Below, in pieces: positions 18,654 to 27,636 of a stretch of DNA of 40,570 nucleotides. The first letter of the stretch is position 1. The number at the start of each line of letters is the position of its first letter. A program made the position numbers and the translations under genes. Source of the DNA: a virus (lineage: Duplodnaviria; Caudoviricetes); IMG/VR virus record IMGVR_UViG_3300024283_000047, positions 1 through 40,570 of that record. One strand, given 5' to 3'. Below the pieces are notes generated by a model that had not been told where the DNA came from, searched no databases, and was given only the letters and a program-made list of their open reading frames with translations.

Positions 18654-20747
18654 ATGAAGAAGCTCTGGCTGGACTTTGAAACGCGGTCGTTCATCGACCT
18701 GAAGGCTTGCGGACTTGACAGGTACGCCAAGGATGAGACGACGGAAGTCCTCATGCTAGCGTGGGCCTTCGACGACGACAAGGTGAAGCTCTGGATTCCG
18801 ATCCTCGGCCAAACCATGCCGCCCGAACTCCATGCTGGGCTGATTGACCACGAAGTCGTCAAGATGGCGTGGAACTACAACTTTGAGAAGGACGTGTTCC
18901 ACTATCGACTGGGCTACGTCATCCCGCAGCAGGAATGGTTCGACCCCTCGATCCTCTGTGCGAACATGTCACTCCCGGTCGGATTGGATCGCGCAGCGTC
19001 AGCATTGAACATCGACATCGAACTGAAAAAGACGAAGTACACAGGCAAGAATAAACCTGTCAAATTGTTCTCAGAACCGTCGAAGTACACCAAGACGTTC
19101 TTGAAAAAGAATCCGCAGATCACGTCTCCCTTCTACTACAAGGACTGGGAATCGCACCCCGAACAGTGGCAGGCATTCTGCGATTATTGTTGCCAAGACG
19201 TTGTGGCCGAGCGTGCAGTATGGTATGCCGCCGTTGCGATGAAGTGCGAAATGACGGACGGCGAAGTCCTCGCGTGGCTGCTCGATCAGAGGATGAACGA
19301 GACGGGCGTCTGGATTGACAGGAAGTTCGTCGAGAACGCAAAGGCGCTGGCTGAGGCCGAAGTCGGCTCGATCATGACGGCGCTCAAGAACATCACAGGC
19401 TGCGATAATCCGAACTCGGGGAAGCAGCTTGGTGAATGGCTGCGCGAACGGAAGTATCAATTCGATTCGCTGGACAAAGACCACATTGCTGAGGCACTGA
19501 AGAACGGACATCACTGGGGGATGACGCCCGAGGCGATGCATGTTCTCGAACTCAAGAAAAAGTTGGGTGGATCGGCGTACACGAAGCTGGAGACGATCCT
19601 CGAACGCATTGGGCCTGATGGTAGGCTGCGTGACCAGTTCGTATATCACGGGGCGCACACCGGACGATGGTCTGGACGTGGTGTCCAGTTGCAGAATCTG
19701 TTCAAGCCGACGAAGGAAGTCTCGACGCTGCGTGCTGAGATCGTCGAAGGGATCAGGAACAACGATCTCAAGATTCAGACGATCTTCTCTGCGTACAATG
19801 ATGAAGTCGCCAAGTGGAACGCGACAAACACAGACCCGAAGAAAGAGAAGAAACCACTCAAATCTTGCCCGACCATGATGGATGCGGTCGCTGGCACGAT
19901 CCGAGCGTCCTTCTGCCCGACACCGGGCAACAAGTTCTCCGTCTCTGACTTGGCACAGATCGAATCCCGCGTCTTGGCTGCTCTCGCGGGCTGTCAGACC
20001 ATGATCGACGCGTACAAATCAGGACTTGACTTGTACAAGGATATTATGGCATTCTTACTGGAGAAGCCATACTCCGAGATCACCAGCGGAGAGCGTGCGA
20101 ACGGTAAGGTCATCATCCTTGGTTGCGGCTTCGGGATGGGCTGGGAGAAGTTCATTGAGTACGCCGCGACGTTCGGCGTCACGCTGGACGAAGCGACGGC
20201 AAAGAAGTATGTCACTGCGTTCCGCGAGAAGTATCACGAAATTCCGTCGTTCTGGAAGGAACTGAACGCAGCAGTCGTCACGGCAGTCAAGGCGAACATC
20301 TGCATCTACGTCCGGGGATTGGTTGTCGATGGACGCAATCCGCAGATGTTGAAGATCAAGCTGCCTTGCGGACGGTGCTTGCATTATCTCGATCCGATAG
20401 TAACGCAGGAGACGACGGATTGGGGCAAGACGTACGAGAATGTCAGCTACCACGCTTGGGACGCGAAGGGTTGCCAACTCAAGCGGCTGTACGGCGGGCT
20501 GCTGTGCGAGAACGTAGTGCAGGCCGTAGCGCGAGACATCCTGCTGAATGGGATGTTGGAAGCAGAGAAGGTCGGCTTCATCATCGTGATGACAATTCAC
20601 GACGAAGTTGTGGGTGAGTCGCCAAAGACATCACCCCTGACTTACAAAGACCTTGAGAAAGCGATGACCGTGACACCCTCATGGGCAGAAGGCATGGGGT
20701 TCATTCTAGCAGCGGAGGGATACGATGCCGAATACTACCGAAAGTAG
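18654..20747 (+). CDS. family A DNA polymerase (phage type)
   Basis: LDFET exonuclease motif, HTGRWS, motif A SDLAQIESR, motif B RANGKVIILGCGFG, motif C IHDE. Confidence 0.95.
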   Translation: MKKLWLDFETRSFIDLKACGLDRYAKDETTEVLMLAWAFDDDKVKLWIPILGQTMPPELHAGLIDHEVVKMAWNYNFEKDVFHYRLGYVIPQQEWFDPSILCANMSLPVGLDRAASALNIDIELKKTKYTGKNKPVKLFSEPSKYTKTFLKKNPQITSPFYYKDWESHPEQWQAFCDYCCQDVVAERAVWYAAVAMKCEMTDGEVLAWLLDQRMNETGVWIDRKFVENAKALAEAEVGSIMTALKNITGCDNPNSGKQLGEWLRERKYQFDSLDKDHIAEALKNGHHWGMTPEAMHVLELKKKLGGSAYTKLETILERIGPDGRLRDQFVYHGAHTGRWSGRGVQLQNLFKPTKEVSTLRAEIVEGIRNNDLKIQTIFSAYNDEVAKWNATNTDPKKEKKPLKSCPTMMDAVAGTIRASFCPTPGNKFSVSDLAQIESRVLAALAGCQTMIDAYKSGLDLYKDIMAFLLEKPYSEITSGERANGKVIILGCGFGMGWEKFIEYAATFGVTLDEATAKKYVTAFREKYHEIPSFWKELNAAVVTAVKANICIYVRGLVVDGRNPQMLKIKLPCGRCLHYLDPIVTQETTDWGKTYENVSYHAWDAKGCQLKRLYGGLLCENVVQAVARDILLNGMLEAEKVGFIIVMTIHDEVVGESPKTSPLTYKDLEKAMTVTPSWAEGMGFILAAEGYDAEYYRK

Positions 20748-21033
20748 AAAAGAGTTCTGGAAGAAAACCGTCGATGACTTCACCACATCGTGGACGAAGA
20801 ACTACGCCGCTGCATTGAACGAGCAGTTGGCGGGCAAGACGGTCGAACGGGTCGAGGTACGCGGGCTGGGTGTCAACATAGTGACCACCGACGCCAAGCC
20901 GGAGATTCTTAACCCGCCCGTTCACTGTAGCGAGAGCAGGCATTCCGAGGAACCAGATCATCTTGGGTTCATCGGGCTTGATTTCCCGTGGGGTCGTAAG
21001 AAAGTTGTTGACAACGATCCCGAAGTACGATAG
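20725..21033 (+). CDS. hypothetical protein
   Basis: ORF with GGAGG RBS overlapping the polymerase end. Confidence 0.6.
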   Translation: MPNTTESRKEFWKKTVDDFTTSWTKNYAAALNEQLAGKTVERVEVRGLGVNIVTTDAKPEILNPPVHCSESRHSEEPDHLGFIGLDFPWGRKKVVDNDPEVR

Positions 21034-21036
21034 AGT
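21008..21036 (+). promoter_or_regulatory. sigma70-like promoter upstream of the RNA cluster
   Basis: TTGACA-N17-TAGAGT. Confidence 0.65.
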
Positions 21037-21057
21037 TAAGACTGGGAGGAGAACACC

Positions 21058-21267
21058 ATGACTGTTTACACCGTTATCACTGCGGCAATTGTCCGCAAAG
21101 TACGGGCACTGGTCGCGGAAATCCGCGCCCTCGTGGCCGAAGCGACCCGTCAGGAGAAGCGAATCGTCGCCATTGCCGAAGCCGAAGCGAAGCAGATTCT
21201 CGCGGAAGCGGAGCAGGAAACGATTGTGCTGAAAGACGAGTTGGTTGATCGCATCTCGAAGTTGTAA
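21058..21267 (+). CDS. small coiled-coil protein
   Basis: GGGAGGAG RBS; AEAEAKQILAEAE helix. Confidence 0.7.
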   Translation: MTVYTVITAAIVRKVRALVAEIRALVAEATRQEKRIVAIAEAEAKQILAEAEQETIVLKDELVDRISKL

Positions 21268-21275
21268 TCAAGTTC

Positions 21276-21381
21276 GTGCTGCTAGTGGAGGGCATCCCCG
21301 GCCAAGCGGTCGGGCTGCAAATTCGACTGAGGGCTGCTTGCAGCGGTCTGATCTCGGAGTGATGTCTTCCCCTAGCAGCAC
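21276..21381 (+). ncRNA. unidentified structured RNA
   Basis: GTGCTGCTAG/CTAGCAGCAC closing helix, GGCATC/GATGTC and internal hairpins; non-coding gap. Confidence 0.5.
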
Positions 21382-21517
21382 ATTGTGGGGACGCGGGCCG
21401 ATCCCGCCGTCGCAACACGGCGTCGTCTAAACACCAAGGACACCCACTACTAGCCTTCGGGCGTGGCAAGAGCGAATACCGCGAGTACCATCGAGACGTG
21501 CGGTCTCGGTGGGTGTG

Positions 21518-21903
21518 GTTCTAAGGTCGCTTCCCGATTTAAGCATGTATGAAGCGTTAGCTTCTGTTGTTGGACGCGGGTTCGATTCCCGCCGCCTCCA
21601 CCAAAGTCGCTCCTTGTATCGTTACACTGCGGACGGACTCACCCGTGCCGTGGGAGATTTGTGAGATTGAGCGACTTTTGTGGGGGCGTCAAGGCTTCGA
21701 CAGCGACAGTGAAGAGAACGGGGACATGCAGGGATGTTGTGGCCCACCTACGGTGCCAACACGCGAGAAGGCGTACGCTGACTCGATGAGGCCAACGGGA
21801 CACGAAAACCATAAATGCTGAGACTGAAAAGCCTCGTGCATTCGCTGCTGCCGCTGGTCGGTAAGCAACGGCGGGTTTGGCCCACCTTGGAACAGAACGG
21901 GCC
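21518..21903 (+). ncRNA. ssrA: circularly permuted (two-piece) tmRNA
   Basis: Acceptor piece with T arm GCGGG-TTCGATT-CCCGC and CGCCTCC-ACCA end (21603) lies upstream of the coding piece starting GGGGGCG..GGCTTCGAC (21682); G3:U70 pair; P2 helices pair; resume context ATAAAT-GCT; tag frame 21817-21864. The 5' end of the acceptor piece is uncertain. Confidence 0.9.
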
Positions 21904-21925
21904 ATTAATTTCTGGAGGAATTACG

Positions 21926-22222
21926 ATGGGAGACCCACGAGAAGTGCCCGCGCTAGACCCGACGACCGCCGAGAGAATCGAAGCGGCCCGCGCTGAAGTT
22001 CGTCGCGCCGTCGCAAGTGACACAGTGTCGCTCATTCATCCGTTCGACATGTCATTCCTGTTGAAGAACCCGATGACTATCGACGCGATACTCATCAACC
22101 TGTTCGAGAGACAGTTCGTTGTCGTCGATGGCGTCGTCTATGAGCAGACGAACACTGTGAAGAACGTTCACAAGCTGCGCGAGATGATGGCACCCGTCAA
22201 GTCTGACGACGAGACCGCGTGA
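21926..22222 (+). CDS. hypothetical protein
   Basis: ATG behind GGAGGA; the upstream extension in the ORF track overlaps the tmRNA. Confidence 0.7.
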   Translation: MGDPREVPALDPTTAERIEAARAEVRRAVASDTVSLIHPFDMSFLLKNPMTIDAILINLFERQFVVVDGVVYEQTNTVKNVHKLREMMAPVKSDDETA

Positions 22223-22479
22223 CGCCGGATACGATCAACGCAGTCTTTGAGGCGTTAGGTTCTGTCGCGGTCTGGGCGAACGTCTTTGCGATCATCAAAG
22301 ACAAAGGCTACGCAGGGACACGCATCCCGATGATGCTGTTCTTTTCGGCATGGGGATTTTGGAATTTGTGGTACTATCCGCATCTCGGCCAGTCGCTGTC
22401 GTTCTATGCCAGCGTCTTGTTGACGACGGGGAATTGCGCCGTCCTTGCTGCGATGGCGTACTTCGGAAGGAAGGGCTAA
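22219..22479 (+). CDS. small 3-TM membrane protein (PQ-loop/SemiSWEET-like)
   Basis: 86 aa with three hydrophobic helices and a KDK..G loop. Confidence 0.55.
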   Translation: MTPDTINAVFEALGSVAVWANVFAIIKDKGYAGTRIPMMLFFSAWGFWNLWYYPHLGQSLSFYASVLLTTGNCAVLAAMAYFGRKG

Positions 22480-22716
22480 ATGGCAACCAAGAAGAAATCA
22501 GTTCCACGAGCAACGCGAGTGAAGAACGTCGGATACCTGACAGCGCGAGTTTACGATCATAAGTCCGCGTCGATTCTGGTCAAGGTTCCCGTCGCGATGA
22601 CCACGATCCCCGAAGTCCCAGAAGTCATCCTGCTGGAGAACTGGGCAGCGGTGCTTTACTCGACAAGCCCGCTGGCCTACCGCAGCGTGACAAGCGGACG
22701 GGCGAAGCATGTATAA
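22480..22716 (+). CDS. hypothetical protein
   Basis: Translationally coupled ORF. Confidence 0.6.
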   Translation: MATKKKSVPRATRVKNVGYLTARVYDHKSASILVKVPVAMTTIPEVPEVILLENWAAVLYSTSPLAYRSVTSGRAKHV

Positions 22717-22915
22717 AATTGGCGACAGGGTTCGGTTGAACGAGGAGTGGGGGAGATGGACGCAGTATGCCCCCTCGAAGACTCACCCTGTGGGCCGCGA
22801 AGGAACTGTCACTGGGTTCCCCAAGAAAGACAAGCAATGCACGAAGGTTACTTTCGATGGTAAGAAGGGGCCGACGAATTTTCATACTAGCTTTTTGACG
22901 AGGATCGACTCATGA
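22709..22915 (+). CDS. hypothetical SH3/KOW-like protein
   Basis: YKIGDRVRL..GREGTV pattern. Confidence 0.6.
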   Translation: MYKIGDRVRLNEEWGRWTQYAPSKTHPVGREGTVTGFPKKDKQCTKVTFDGKKGPTNFHTSFLTRIDS

Positions 22916-23625
22916 GTAACGTCTTTATCACCGCCGACGAGCACTACGGACACGAGAAGATCATCGAGTATTGCAATCGTCCGTTCAAGCACGCCGATGA
23001 GATGAACGAGTTCATCATTGAACAGCACAACAAGGTCGTGCCCAACTCCCGAGGCGTCCTCACTATTCACGTCGGGGACTGGTTCTGGCATACGCTACCA
23101 TTAGGTATCGCTCTAACGATTCTCGGTCGGCTGAATGGGAGGCACGCATTCATTTACGGGAACCACGACGAGTTGATCGAGAAGTATGAGTCTGTCTTCA
23201 GGCAGCAACTCGACTGGATCAAGGGAGAGAACAAAGACTCGGCCTGCCATCGGTTGAAGTTCAACAACAACGAGATGACGCTATGCCACTACGCGATGCG
23301 TGTGTGGAACCGGAGTCACAAAGGTGCGTGGCAGTTGTACGGTCACAGTCACAACGAACTCCCGGTCGTCGGCAAGTCGTTCGACATCGGGGTGGATGGG
23401 CATAACTTCGCGCCGTGGTCACTCGAAGAGATCGAAGCGAAGATGGCGACTCTCCCGCAGGCGCACATCATCACGAAGGTGTGGCCGGGGAAGGAAGCGC
23501 CCGAGATGCCGACCGATCACGCAACGAAGCAATACATGGCAGGCAACGGCTCGACGGTTCACGAACCGGGCTGTCCCTGTGGCTGGTGCAAGATGGGCAA
23601 GCCGCCCGGAGGAACACGCGCATGA
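22912..23625 (+). CDS. calcineurin-like metallophosphoesterase
   Basis: ADEHYGH, HVGD, GNHD, CHY, LYGHSH, DIGVD. Confidence 0.9.
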   Translation: MSNVFITADEHYGHEKIIEYCNRPFKHADEMNEFIIEQHNKVVPNSRGVLTIHVGDWFWHTLPLGIALTILGRLNGRHAFIYGNHDELIEKYESVFRQQLDWIKGENKDSACHRLKFNNNEMTLCHYAMRVWNRSHKGAWQLYGHSHNELPVVGKSFDIGVDGHNFAPWSLEEIEAKMATLPQAHIITKVWPGKEAPEMPTDHATKQYMAGNGSTVHEPGCPCGWCKMGKPPGGTRA

Positions 23626-23840
23626 TGACTTTGAACTTACTTCGATGCTTCCCGCATCGTTTTCTCAAACACGAAACCCCGTCAGGGGAGAAAATTTTCC
23701 TCTGCGCCCGATGCCAGCGTATCTGGCCGAGAGTCGCGGAGTACCGCACGCCCTTGACAGCATGGCAACGGCTTTTACGTGCTCTTAAGAGCAACTGGGT
23801 TGCGGATTGCGATTCTGCCGGAGGGCCTTCGCTATGTTGA
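23622..23840 (+). CDS. small Cys/His protein
   Basis: ATGA overlap with GGAGG RBS; C..H / CARC. Confidence 0.5.
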   Translation: MMTLNLLRCFPHRFLKHETPSGEKIFLCARCQRIWPRVAEYRTPLTAWQRLLRALKSNWVADCDSAGGPSLC

Positions 23841-23917
23841 AGTGGATTCTGCTGTACGTCGTTTCGATTGGTGCCGGGATGCTGTGGTCGTACTGGAGAC
23901 GAACTAGGGGGAAGTGA
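23834..23917 (+). CDS. 27-aa single-TM peptide MLKWILLYVVSIGAGMLWSYWRRTRGK
   Basis: Read manually; GGAGG upstream; fills the gap and overlaps the next start. Confidence 0.5.
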   Translation: MLKWILLYVVSIGAGMLWSYWRRTRGK

Positions 23918-24846
23918 TGGCCGAAGAACTGTCGTTCCCCGAGTTGCCGAGCGATGAGTTCAAGAAGCACTATGGCTCGATCCACGCGTATCTCGAACAA
24001 TACGTCAAGATCGCGACCAAGGGCAATGTCGATATCGAGTGGGCGCTACACGTCGCCCGGATGCGGCTGGGCTGCAAGGTCTGCGGATTGACGCTGACCG
24101 CGCCGGAGCCGAAGGGGACTGAAGTCGATTACGGGATTCAGGAGTTCGTCAAGATTCACTCGCACGCGGGAGGGCACAAGAGTTGTACCTGTGGTGGGAC
24201 GGGCGATCCGGTCACTGGGAAGATAAATCACAATCTGCACGCATTGCAGTGTCCCGCGTTTGTACAGACGCCTTGCATCCACGGGTATCTGATGTGGCAG
24301 AATGCTTGCGACATCTGCCGGGAAGTCAAGCTGGGGATTAAGAACAAGGCGGTGACTGCGGACTTCAAGAACGTCCCGTTCACTCCACTGCCGCCCGTCG
24401 CAAAGGATGTGTTGGAGAAAATCAAAGCGGCAGCGCTTGGAGGCAGCATGGGCGACATTGACCTGAAGCACAGCATGGCGTCACTGATCGCACAACAGAT
24501 GAAGTCGTACGACAAAGAGTACGCCGAGAAGATGTCGGACGAGAATCTGGCAAAGAAGATCGCGGCGCTACAGAGCGCGGATTACGCAGGCGAGTTGGCG
24601 AAGGGGATGGCGGAACTCAAGGCGAAGGGTTTGATGTCGCCAGAGGACACTGAGGTCATCCAAGAGAAGATTCAGGACTCGAAAGCTGAGTTGCAGGCAC
24701 TTCAGAACATTCTGACTCTGAAGGCGATGCAAAAGAAGAAACAGCAATTGCTGGGCGCGATCAGTGGTGAGCATCCGGTGACGGTCATCGCCCCGCCAAA
24801 GAAAGACAAGCCGCTCAAGATTGCGACTGGGAGGAAGTTCCGATGA
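23914..24846 (+). CDS. hypothetical protein with Cys/His motifs, coiled coil and C-terminal ATGRKFR
   Basis: 310-aa ORF. Confidence 0.75.
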   Translation: MMAEELSFPELPSDEFKKHYGSIHAYLEQYVKIATKGNVDIEWALHVARMRLGCKVCGLTLTAPEPKGTEVDYGIQEFVKIHSHAGGHKSCTCGGTGDPVTGKINHNLHALQCPAFVQTPCIHGYLMWQNACDICREVKLGIKNKAVTADFKNVPFTPLPPVAKDVLEKIKAAALGGSMGDIDLKHSMASLIAQQMKSYDKEYAEKMSDENLAKKIAALQSADYAGELAKGMAELKAKGLMSPEDTEVIQEKIQDSKAELQALQNILTLKAMQKKKQQLLGAISGEHPVTVIAPPKKDKPLKIATGRKFR

Positions 24847-25268
24847 GACCAGCCCCGGATACGGATTATTTTTACGTCATTAAGTCGATCAGTGACGAGT
24901 CGTTCAAGGACATCGAACGCCCGACTGAACTGGCTTTGCGATACCAGTACGATCACTGTGAGGTCTTCATTCACGAGGTCAATCATCACGTCGTCGCGTA
25001 CGCACTTGTCACTATGGACAACGGAGAGCCGTACATCTGGAGCATCGCGACGAAAGAGGGATTTCGGGGATGTGGGATTGCGACTGGGTTGATCGTCGAG
25101 ATTCTCACTTTCTATTTTGACAGGCACGCTGAAGGCATCGGGCTGACGGTCAACGTCAACAACCCGGCCCAGAAGCTGTACTTCGACCAAGGATTCCGAG
25201 CGACACGAGTCATCCCAAGATACTACGGGGATGTCAGTGGTTTACGAATGAGGAGAAAATTACTATGA
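24843..25268 (+). CDS. GNAT acetyltransferase (RimI-like)
   Basis: IWSIAT..FRGCGIA motif A, LTV..NNPAQKLY..GF, RYY. Confidence 0.85.
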   Translation: MRPAPDTDYFYVIKSISDESFKDIERPTELALRYQYDHCEVFIHEVNHHVVAYALVTMDNGEPYIWSIATKEGFRGCGIATGLIVEILTFYFDRHAEGIGLTVNVNNPAQKLYFDQGFRATRVIPRYYGDVSGLRMRRKLL

Positions 25269-26053
25269 GCACAAGAATTGAATGCACCAAATGCAACGAT
25301 GTCGTTGATCTCGAAGCGTCGAGCATCACGCTGCCGTTCATCTGTGAGTCTTGCGAGACTATCGAGTTTCAAGAAGCGATTAAGCCCGCTGTTCCCGCGC
25401 CCGCGAACGTCGGCCAGCAGGATCACGGTCTTGACGAGTCGTCCGCGACGATTGAGAACACAACTCTTCTGATCGAAGACCTTGAGAAGCAAGTCTCTCT
25501 GCTTCAGGACTCGCTCGACTCGTCCAACAAACTGATCGCTGACATGTCGGCTCAGTTGAATGAAGACGCCGCGACTCTCGGAGAACGCGACAGAGAGATC
25601 AAAGACCTTCAGGGCGCGAGGGACTCTGGTTGGACTCTATTCGATGAAGCACAGAAACGCTATCTGACTGCGAATCATCTGAACGAGAGACTTCAGCAGG
25701 ACATGAGCGAACTGATCTCGCGTCTCGACAAGCTGCGCCGTCAGAACGCCGAGTTGGGGCTGAAGAACTTCGCCCAGAGTCAGGGAGTCGCGAAGTTCGC
25801 TGGACAGATGTTCACGCTGGCGGGCGAGTGGGACGCGAAGGAAGCGGAGTTGACGGAAGATGTGACGAACGCAGAGCAGCAAGTCGCGCTGCTAGAACGC
25901 AAGCTGGAATTTGAAAAGGAAAACACGGTACGTGCGGAACTCCAAAGGGATTTCTACAAACGTAAGGCGAGTTACTTCCAAGAACGCTTCCGCGATCTCG
26001 TCGAACTTGAGAATCGTGGGTTCTGGGCGAGGGTGTTCAACAAGAAAAGGTAG
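25265..26053 (+). CDS. Zn-ribbon plus long coiled-coil protein with an amphipathic C-terminus (GFWARVF)
   Basis: CTKC..CESC and heptad repeats. Confidence 0.75.
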   Translation: MSTRIECTKCNDVVDLEASSITLPFICESCETIEFQEAIKPAVPAPANVGQQDHGLDESSATIENTTLLIEDLEKQVSLLQDSLDSSNKLIADMSAQLNEDAATLGERDREIKDLQGARDSGWTLFDEAQKRYLTANHLNERLQQDMSELISRLDKLRRQNAELGLKNFAQSQGVAKFAGQMFTLAGEWDAKEAELTEDVTNAEQQVALLERKLEFEKENTVRAELQRDFYKRKASYFQERFRDLVELENRGFWARVFNKKR

Positions 26054-26059
26054 GGTCTT

Positions 26060-26386
26060 ATGCCCCGGATTGCCGACAGGATCGCGCTGTTGAACTTTAA
26101 GCCGGGGACGCGGGACAAGAGGAAGCGGCAGACTCGGTTCGATCACGACCCGGATGTCCTCACTCGTGAGAAGATTCACGCGGCTGTCAAAGCGCTGATG
26201 AACTCCTCCGTACACCCGGTTCACGACGAGGACTACTTTGTCATCAACCCCGAGTTGGAGGACTTGGCGAAGCAGTTGTCCGTCAACGCTGCACAGAGTG
26301 TCAACGACATCATCAAGCAGGCGATGACCGAGGCGACGTGGGCTGACCAAGCAGACCAGACTGATTTTCCAACAACGATCTTTTAG
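26060..26386 (+). CDS. hypothetical protein
   Basis: ORF in operon. Confidence 0.65.
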   Translation: MPRIADRIALLNFKPGTRDKRKRQTRFDHDPDVLTREKIHAAVKALMNSSVHPVHDEDYFVINPELEDLAKQLSVNAAQSVNDIIKQAMTEATWADQADQTDFPTTIF

Positions 26387-26398
26387 GGAGGTAGTACG

Positions 26399-26629
26399 AT
26401 GATTGAATCAGGACTTATCACAGAAGTGGTTGAACGGGAAGTCTCGCCATTCGCGGCTGTCATAGAGAGCTACCGGAAGCACGCCCGCCGAACCTCGACT
26501 CGGACGGCCCCTGTCGTTTCGGCGCGGCAATTCCGGGGCAAGATTCGTCCCGTCGCCCTCCAGCCTCGTGTAAAGGCCACGATATACTACCTCGGTTGTG
26601 TCAACCAGTTGGAGAGCTACGGTGCCTAG
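26399..26629 (+). CDS. hypothetical protein
   Basis: GGGAGG RBS. Confidence 0.6.
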   Translation: MIESGLITEVVEREVSPFAAVIESYRKHARRTSTRTAPVVSARQFRGKIRPVALQPRVKATIYYLGCVNQLESYGA

Positions 26630-27002
26630 ACTCGACGAGAAGGACTACAGGATCAAGATCAACAACCTCGGGTACACTGTACACATCATCTTCTCGAACG
26701 ACATCAAGGCGTCTTGGCTCAAGAGGTTTAACACAGACGAGACCGGGCGCGAGATGCTTGACGATGCTGGCGGGCTGCACACAGTCTCTGGTGGTGGGCA
26801 TAGCTTTGTCATCCTGCCGAAAGACGTGGGTGTGGCTTCGATGTGTCACGAATGCTGGCACGCGGTGTACGCGATGTTCAAGTGGGCGGGCATCCCGCTC
26901 GATAACAATGAACTGGTTGCGTACACGCTGGGATACGTCATTAGCGAAGCGCAAGCAGCCCAGACCAAGAACGATAGGAGACTGAAATGTCGGACGAAAT
27001 GA
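26622..27002 (+). CDS. HExxH metallopeptidase-like small protein
   Basis: MCHECWHAV..NELVAY; GTG start with GGAG. Confidence 0.6.
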   Translation: MPRLDEKDYRIKINNLGYTVHIIFSNDIKASWLKRFNTDETGREMLDDAGGLHTVSGGGHSFVILPKDVGVASMCHECWHAVYAMFKWAGIPLDNNELVAYTLGYVISEAQAAQTKNDRRLKCRTK

Positions 27003-27220
27003 CGGTCGTACATAATCACAGGCATACGAGTGAGGAAGTTGTCGAAGTCGAAGCGGGCGAACTCATCAACGCGATGAGGCAGCACCGCAGGACTGTCGAG
27101 ATGTTCCAGCAGTCTGTCGCTCGACTCGACGACTCCCTCGCTTCGACGATGCAGTTCTTGTCCTCGTGGATCGACAGGCTGGAGCGACATCAGCACAACG
27201 AGAGACTGGCGGGCCGATGA
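26987..27220 (+). CDS. small coiled-coil protein
   Basis: AGGAG RBS. Confidence 0.6.
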   Translation: MSDEMTVVHNHRHTSEEVVEVEAGELINAMRQHRRTVEMFQQSVARLDDSLASTMQFLSSWIDRLERHQHNERLAGR

Positions 27221-27636
27221 ACAGGGAGATCAAGAAAGACCCGAAGCAACGCGGAATGAACTGGGTCAACACGGTCTTCGCGGAATGTCAGTTCTGCGGG
27301 GAGACGTGGCACAAGCATCACCTGTGGTGTCCGAACTACGATTCGATTGCGCCGAAACGTTGCGCGGTCAAGCATACACCTTTTCTGCGGTCGATAGACA
27401 GAGGTCGCGGGCCGAGCGAACAGTATGAGTACGAGTGCTCTCTGTGCAACATGCCCTCGGTCTTCAGTACTGAGCGGCCTTTGAAATCCGCCGATCCGCA
27501 TCCGTTCTGTCGTGTCTCCCCACCGCGACATTACTGGGCGACATGTGGTGACGGATGTTGCGAACCGTGGTGCAATGGCTGTGGGATCAAGGGAACTTGG
27601 GACGATCTAAGAAAACAAGTGGAGGCTGAACAATGA
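27217..27636 (+). CDS. Cys-rich Zn-finger-like protein
   Basis: Multiple CxxC and H..C motifs; ATGA overlap. Confidence 0.55.
   Translation: MNREIKKDPKQRGMNWVNTVFAECQFCGETWHKHHLWCPNYDSIAPKRCAVKHTPFLRSIDRGRGPSEQYEYECSLCNMPSVFSTERPLKSADPHPFCRVSPPRHYWATCGDGCCEPWCNGCGIKGTWDDLRKQVEAEQ

Noticed and set aside
21570-21603. Stand-alone tRNA suggested by the T arm and CCA
   Set aside because: No upstream acceptor 5' strand or anticodon arm; the partner strand is downstream at 21682, so this is the tmRNA acceptor piece
21567-21925. ORFs 21567..21821 and the N-terminal extension of 21815..22222
   Set aside because: They overlap the tmRNA; a good RBS and ATG exist at 21926
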